The position numbers were made by a program, and so were the translations under genes. The notes below the pieces were generated by a model, which was given only the letters and a program-made list of their open reading frames with translations, was not told the origin of the DNA and searched no databases. A stretch of DNA of 64,000 nt from Macrostomum hystrix (taxonomy: Eukaryota; Animalia; Platyhelminthes): contig CATNEN010000032.1 in assembly GCA_950097015.1 (NCBI GenBank), forward strand, positions 1,736,001 to 1,800,000, read 5' to 3'. Below, piece after piece: positions 57,741 to 64,000 of the stretch; position 1 is the stretch's first letter, and the number at the start of each line of letters is the position of its first letter.

Positions 57741-60700
57741 TCAATGATCAACCGTCGCAGACGCCTCCGTCTCTTCGATCATCATCTCTTCGTCTTCCTC
57801 AGCTTCCTTCTCTTCCGCATCCTCATCCGCGCCATCTTTATGATCATCTTTGTCGAGTCCGGTGTCGTCGTCGTTCCAAGTTGCCATGGAGTCCGCCGCG
57901 ACAGCCGCCACCACTGGGGCGTCCAGCACGCCGACAGTCTTGTCGACGGCCCAGTCTGGGGCGTCAGCGGGCGGCCGCCTGCTGCTGACATAGCCCGGAT
58001 GCCGCCGCACCCTGGCCAGCTCCTGCTTCTCCCTGTCATTGGCCAGCTCTTCGGCGAAGTGGTCGTCCAGTGTTGACTTCAGCCTGGCCGACTCGACCGT
58101 CTCCCAGGGCAGCAGTTTGACGTAGAGGCAACCGTCCGGCTCCTCTTCGTCAGAGCTGACCAGGTCCCGCTCCAGCAGGGCTGCCATGCGATCTCCGGTG
58201 GCCGGAGACAGCCGGTTCAGGGTCAGCAGGCTTTGCAGACTTTGGCGACGCTGGTTCAGTTTCTGGAGAAAGGTCGTTTGAAAAGTATCGCATGGCCTTC
58301 GTACAGTATCTGAGTGCGTGGCTTAAACTGACTCTTTGCTGGCTGCGTATCATAGGCTAACAGAGCAAGGGCTACGGAAGAAAACGAGGAAGGGGATCAA
58401 AAAGTCGATGAGAGGTACAGGAAATAGGCAAAAACTGAAAGGTATCCAAAGTCATTAAAATATATTTAATTTACACTATAAAGAGAAGTGTACAAATGGG
58501 TTGTAGCCTAATGGTTAGAGCGTCGGACTTACGACTAGAAGGTCGGGGGTTCGAGTCGCGTCTACACAGGAACAGTTTGTGTCCTTTAGCAAGATACTTA
58601 ACTCTTGTTAAATGGGTGCCAGCATTAGCTGGGGCAATTGAGGGTGGGTGTGGCGTCCCCCAGTCCATGGACTGAACAGCCGTACGCAGCCTTCAAAAGC
58701 GCCGGCTGCACATCTCACCCAATTTGGGCAGGTGTAGTCAATTAGTATTATTAATTATTACCCTATAAAACTGGCAATTATTCAGTATGTAGAACACACA
58801 AATAGATCCAAACCTTGTCCATGGACATCTGGACGCGACAGGCGGACTTGCAATGAGTCGGCTTCAAAGTCTTCCTGTACCACTGCTCCAGATAGCGCGT
58901 AAACAAGTCTGGCAATAGTGACAAGAGGCACTAGAATATATAAACATAAAAGCATGACAATTTATAAGAGAAGATACAAAAGGCCTGACATAGCACACTC
59001 ACTCTTCCATGACTTTACATCCGGTGTAGGCTTAGCGCTCATAGCCACAGCTCTACTGATGATAATTTCGGCAGAGGCGCGATTCTCATGGGCCGAATAG
59101 CTGCGATTAGAGAAGGATTAAAAGAAAATGTTAGACACCTTCGTATGATCCCGTTAAGCAACAACGGGTACAGAGCTTTCTAACACCAACTAGTAGGTCT
59201 TCTAAATTACACTTGATTGGTCTTCTAAATTACACTTGATTGGTCTTCTAAATTACACTTGATTGGTCTTCTAAATGACACCTAATTGGTCTTCCAAATT
59301 ACACTTGATTGGTCTTCCAAATTACACTTGATTGGTCTTCTAAATTACACTTGATTGGTCTTCTAAATTACACTTGATTGGTCTTCTAAATTACACTTGA
59401 TTGGTCTTCTAAATTACACTTGATTGGTCTTCTAAATTACACTTGATTGGTCTTCTAAATTACACTTGATTGGTCTTCTAAATTACACTTGATTGGTCTT
59501 CTAAATTACACTTGATTGGTCTTCTAAATTACACTTAATTGGTCTTCTAAATTACACCCAATTGGTCTTCTAAATGACACCTAATTGGTCTTCTAAATTA
59601 CACTTGATTGGTCTTCTAAATTACACCCAATTGGTCTTCTAAATGACACCTAATTGGTCTTCCAAATTACACTTGATTGGTCTTCCAAATTACACTTGAT
59701 TGGTCTTCTAAATGTCACCTAATTGGTCTTCTAAATTACACTTAATTGGTCTTCTAAATTACACTCGATTGGCCTTCTAAATGACACCTAATTGGTCTTC
59801 TAAATTACACTTAATTGGTCTTCTAAATGTCACCTAATTGGTCTTCTAAATAACACCTAATTGGTCTTCTAAATTACACTTAATTGGTCTTCTAAATGTC
59901 ACCCAATTGGTCTTCTAAATGACACCTAATTGGTCTTCTAAATGTCACCTAATTGGTCTTCTAAATTACACTTAATTGGTCTTCTAAATGACACCTAATT
60001 GGTCTTCTAAATTACACTTAATTGGTCTTCTAAATGTCACCTAATTGGTCCTCTAAATGACACCTTATTGAAGTCCTTATCTAAGATCTATTAGACAGGA
60101 TCTATTAGAGTTATAATTATCACTCACGACTTAGTGAAGTCGAACAGCTGCTGCCCCTCGGACTGCAGGACTCTGTAGGCCTTGCGCAACAGCTGCTTCC
60201 AGCTGTCAGACAAGCCCCTGGTGGCGCTGCTGTCCCTGTTGTTGACCTTGGAGGCGCCCGCAGTTGCAGCAGCAGCCGCAGAAGTAGACTGCCGCCTGGA
60301 GGCCCTAGAAGCAGCACTAGAAGAGGAGCCAGTAGTAGGCTTGGCTTTGTCCGCAACAGTAGCCGTGCCAGTCTTCTCCGTTGCTGTGTTCATCGACAAG
60401 ATACTTCGTCTGGCCTTACTAGTACTACTAATAGTACTATTGTTAGCCGCTAAAGCATCTTCGAAATGTTCATTAGAAATTGATGATCTGCCATTTCTTC
60501 TTTTAGTAATGGGAGGCGGAGGCGGCCGCTGCTGCGGACGAGTCTTGGAGTCTGGCTCCTTGGCTTCAATCTCCTCGGAGTGTCGGCTATAGAGATTAGC
60601 TAAGCGGATCAGCCGGCTAGCCGACGGTTCAACGCACTCCACCAGGCGGCCGTGCAACTGGGAGACAATCCTCAGGGCTAGGACTAGGTCGGCCAGTTCC

Positions 60701-60831
60701 ATGGAGTCCAGCAACAGTTGGGCATTGTGAATACTGCATTCGAATAGAGCTATGGACGAGAACGGGACGCCGGCTGCGGCTGCTGTGGCAGCGTCGGGCA
60801 GAGTTGGCGACTGGCACAGTAAAGTAGCCAT
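57741..60831 (-). CDS. Paralogue C, C14orf93-like: exons 60831-60128, 59100-59003, 58908-58814 (single helix exon), 58262-57741
   Basis: Phases 2, 1, 0 are compatible. LFECSIHNAQLLLDSM domain; WKQLLRKAYRVL..FDFTKSY; NLFTRYLEQWYRKTLKPT; KLNQRRQ..VSSDEE..WET..LD..SSRRPP..PDWA. Confidence 0.82.
58498..58760 (+). mobile_element. tRNA-derived SINE with CORE/Meta-like central segment, in the last intron of paralogue C
   Basis: A box TAGCCTAATGG and B box GGTTCGAGTC, followed by GTGTCCTTTAGCAAGATACTTAAC..AAATGGGTGCCA; AT-rich tail; related copies elsewhere in the window. Confidence 0.75.
59195..60065. repeat. 23-bp minisatellite in intron 1 of paralogue C (AAATTACACTTGATTGGTCTTCT)n
   Basis: About 38 units. 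Confidence 0.94.
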
Positions 60832-60984
60832 TGTGTGTTGGTTCTATTGCTGCGGTTGCTGCCAAGTTGGTTTATTGCTAGTTTAATTATGAAAAGTAGG
60901 AAATCTGAATCTTTCTGAAAGAGATCACAGTTTAGAGCGCTGTTGACAAGTTGACATATCGAAGCCTCACACACCTAGCAGTTT

Positions 60985-61110
60985 GGCCACATGTACTGTC
61001 AGGGCACAGTCGCAGCCGTTGCGTACAGCTGTTCAGTCCATGGACCAGGGGGTGGGGCATCACACCCTCCGACTTTCTAAACTAGCTAATGTTGGCATCT
61101 TACGTATTTT
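60985..61110 (-). mobile_element. Partial SINE copy
   Basis: Reverse complement has TGCCAACATTAGCT...GGTCCATGGACTGAACAGCTGTACGCA. Confidence 0.6.
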
Positions 61111-61519
61111 TCAAAAAGATTCGAACTTCTGACCTTTTGGCTCAGAGTCTGAAACTCAAACTAATTGACTGCAACGTACGCATTTATAAAAATGAAAAAA
61201 ACAAGATTAGAATATTGCATAAAAAAGCGCGCAAAGACAATGTTTTATTAAGTGCATCGATACAACAAAAGAAGTGAATAAAATCAGGCGGACACTGTAC
61301 ACATTATGAGCAAAAAAACATTTAGCAATTAGCAAGAAGACTAGACATAAAACTGTTCTTTATTATTGTAGTCCTTGGTAAATAAGGCAATCTTTATACA
61401 AAAGTACATACAAATATGGAGATTATTTACGTTTGAAAATTTTGTTACTCATAATAACACATTAAATTAATATTTAACTTTCTGCCAATAAGAGGTGACA
61501 GTTGTTATAATCGGGATCA

Positions 61520-62005
61520 CGATCTGGAACGGGACCTATCCCAAAATGGGATCTGGGACAGGATCTATCCCAAAAGGGGATCTGGGACAGGATCTATACT
61601 AAAAATGGGATCTGGGACGGGACCTATCCCAAAATGGGATCTGGGACAGGATCTATCCCGAAAAGGGGATCTGGGACAGGATCTATCCCAAAAGGGGATC
61701 TGGGACAGGATCTATCCCAAAATGGATCTGGGACAGGATCTATCCCAAAAGGGGATCTGGGACAGGATCTATCCCAAAATGGATCTGGGACAGGATCTAT
61801 CCCAAAAGGGGATCTGGGACAGGATCTATCCCAAAATGGATCTGGGACAGGATCTATCCCAAAATGGATCTGGGACAGGATCTATCCCAAAAGGGGATCT
61901 GGGACAGGATCTATCCCAAAATGGATCTGGGACAGGATCTATCCCAAAAGGGGATCTGGGACAGGATCTATCCCAAAATGGATCTGGGACAGGATCTATC
62001 CTAAA
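61520..62005. repeat. 22-23-bp minisatellite (GGATCTGGGACAGGATCTATCCCAAAA..)n
   Basis: Directly visible. Confidence 0.92.
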
Positions 62006-62195
62006 TTGTGGTATATCCATGAGAGTAACTGTAATACAATGGATCTAGGCCAGATCTAGGCTGGAAAATGTGGATTGGGATAAATAACCTTTAAAGAGAT
62101 AGGGATCTAGAAATAAAAGCTGTGCCATAGAAATATTTTCTTTATTATGGATTTGAATACGAAGTAGAAACAGGAGTTGTGGAATCCCAAGTGAC

Positions 62196-63758
62196 TCAGG
62201 CATCATCTCCAGGACTGCCGGGCTTGTGCTGACGATGTCTGGCTCTTGGTGGCTGCTGCCGCCTGCGATGCATTAGGAGCTGCTGCTGCTGCTCCTTAAT
62301 CTGGTGCTCCTCGAAAATTCGCTGATGCTCCCGAAGCAGCTGCTCGTGCAGGCTGACTCGCTCCTCGAAGACCCGCTGCGACTGGGCCTCGGCGCTGTCG
62401 ATCTCTCGCTGCACGTGCGCCTCCAAGTCGGCCAGGTGGCGCAGCTTCAACTCCAGGCGCCGCATCTGGGCGTCGGTGAGGACGGCTAGCAGAGCTCGAA
62501 CTCGCGACCTCTCTGATTCGGCCAGCCAGCCACTCTTTTCGGCTCCGGCCCGCAGTGCAGCTTCAGCGATGCGGCCGGCGGAAGCTTGCAGCTGTTCAGC
62601 GGATGCGGCGGTGGATGCGTCCTTCTTTTTGCCTGGCTCGGCCTATACGTAGGAGTTTTAATCAGAAGCCATGTTGAATGCTTTTGTCCAGTCCCACACG
62701 CTCAGGAATCCCAAAATAGGAATTTAGATAACGAGCTAGCTCTTAGACAAACAAATTTTTGGATCTGGGAGCTATTTCCAGTGATTTTGGGATGCCATAC
62801 GCATACGATTTATGGGATATGGGATAAATTGTATATCATTTGGAGGATCTGAGTGGCTAAATTGGCAACTTGATCTAAGATTGAGGAGATTAAACTCCCT
62901 AAGTTAGGGAGCTGGGAGATATACACACCATTTATTTTAAATCAGGGAGTCAACACATTGTACACGAGGAATTTGGGATCTGCTGGATTTACAGATAATA
63001 TATTATAGATCAGGTGGGACAACACATCCTATTTAATGGATTTGGGATCTGGCTTACTAAAAATCCCTTTTAGGATCTCGGAGACTGCATATAAGACCTC
63101 TGAGGACAAGAATCCCATAAATCGTGATTCGAGGCAGCTGAATGAATGAACTTAAAATTCAAATTATTAAATAGCAACAAGGAAATAGAAAAAACCAGCG
63201 CTGTAAAAATAAACTCACCGTCTTGGCAGCACCGCAGGCATCGCCGCCCAACCGGCCGTATTCGGACAGGGCGGCCAAGGCGGCCGCAGCGCCAACCCTG
63301 GGATCAACAGAGCTAGCTAGAAAGGCCACCGTGCACATGGCCGGATTGGCGGCCTGCGAGAATGGAGCCAGATTGGCATCTCCGCCGGCTAGGGGACCTA
63401 GCGCTTCATCCGCTCCGTCCAAGTAGGGATCAGCGATAGGCAGGCGCAGCATTTGGGCTATGCACTCTTCCTGAGTCCGATTGCTGCCAACTCTGTCGGC
63501 CACTCTTGCCCAGTCTTCGCCAAATACTTCAACTGCTTCTAGTAGGGCCAAGATTTCCTGCTCTGTCCAATTGCTGCCGACTCCGCTTCCACGTTGGCCG
63601 CCACCGCCCAGGCTGCCGAAGCCGCCGCTCCGATTGGCACCGCCAGTTGCCGACTGATCCAGGCGGAGGCCGAAGCTGGAGGCGCCGGATTGTCGCTGGG
63701 ATGATCCGCCGGCAGCGGCCGAAGCATTTTGGCAAAAATTTGCTGGGGCCTTTGGCAT
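62196..63758 (-). CDS. SMARCC1/2: SWI/SNF complex subunit SMARCC/SWI3 family, 3' exons (approx. 63758-63219 and 62642-62196); 5' part beyond window
   Basis: FGLRLD, SANT domain [18 protein letters not shown]...[37 protein letters not shown]-terminal [12 protein letters not shown] coiled coil; ACG|gtgagt to gtatag|GCC in phase 0; 5' acceptor not pinned. Confidence 0.88.
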
Positions 63759-64000
63759 TGGGTTGGGAATACAACAAGGTGGTTACTCAAATATGCGTTG
63801 CGCAGGTACACACTCTCTAGGCCCATGTTTTGACCCTTGATTTCACGTAAATTACACGACAATCTCCCAAGCCGTTTCTCTGCTGCTTGGCCCCATGTTT
63901 ATATGACCTTATATGGCTTCGATTCTAAACAATTCACTACTCGAATATGAGCATATTGTGTTTCAAATATAGTACTATTCTTACCGGTCCGAAATCTCTC

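Noticed and set aside
58498-58570. tRNA gene
   Set aside because: A and B boxes are present but the acceptor stem does not close; the sequence continues into a SINE body shared with other copies
37918-62005. Regular 22-46-bp arrays as CRISPR arrays
   Set aside because: Head-to-tail units with no unique spacers, no cas genes, and a eukaryotic spliced-gene context

Overview
Repeat-rich metazoan genomic DNA: GC-rich exons, spliceosomal introns and many intronic minisatellites. The style resembles the flatworm Macrostomum, which is inference only. From left to right the window holds: candidate exons of an unidentified minus-strand gene; a 6-exon C16orf89 (UPF0764) homologue (8332-12101); a decayed Crypton-like tyrosine-recombinase remnant; a 17.2-kb DNA transposon (14164-31363); an intronless BCAP31/29 gene; three tandem minus-strand paralogues (A 36149-40613, B 45035-55743, C 57741-60831); and the 3' end of a SMARCC/SWI3 gene. 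The transposon has 465-bp terminal inverted repeats and an 8-bp TSD, encodes a Mutator/NOF-type DDE transposase fused to a USP-like protease domain, and carries decayed LINE, Gypsy and SINE cargo in diverged inverted arms. The three paralogues share a novel N-terminal domain and a C14orf93-like C-terminal region. Main discovery: paralogue B contains 9 homologous 98-110-nt exons (A has at least 3, C has 1), all phase 1 to phase 0, so including one keeps the frame while skipping all or including two shifts it. A single intronic docking site (54451-54480) is complementary to selector sequences upstream of 8 of the 9 exons. This is a Dscam-like mutually exclusive splicing system that varies a basic/aromatic, putatively DNA-contacting helix. 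All alignments were done by eye and none were computed.
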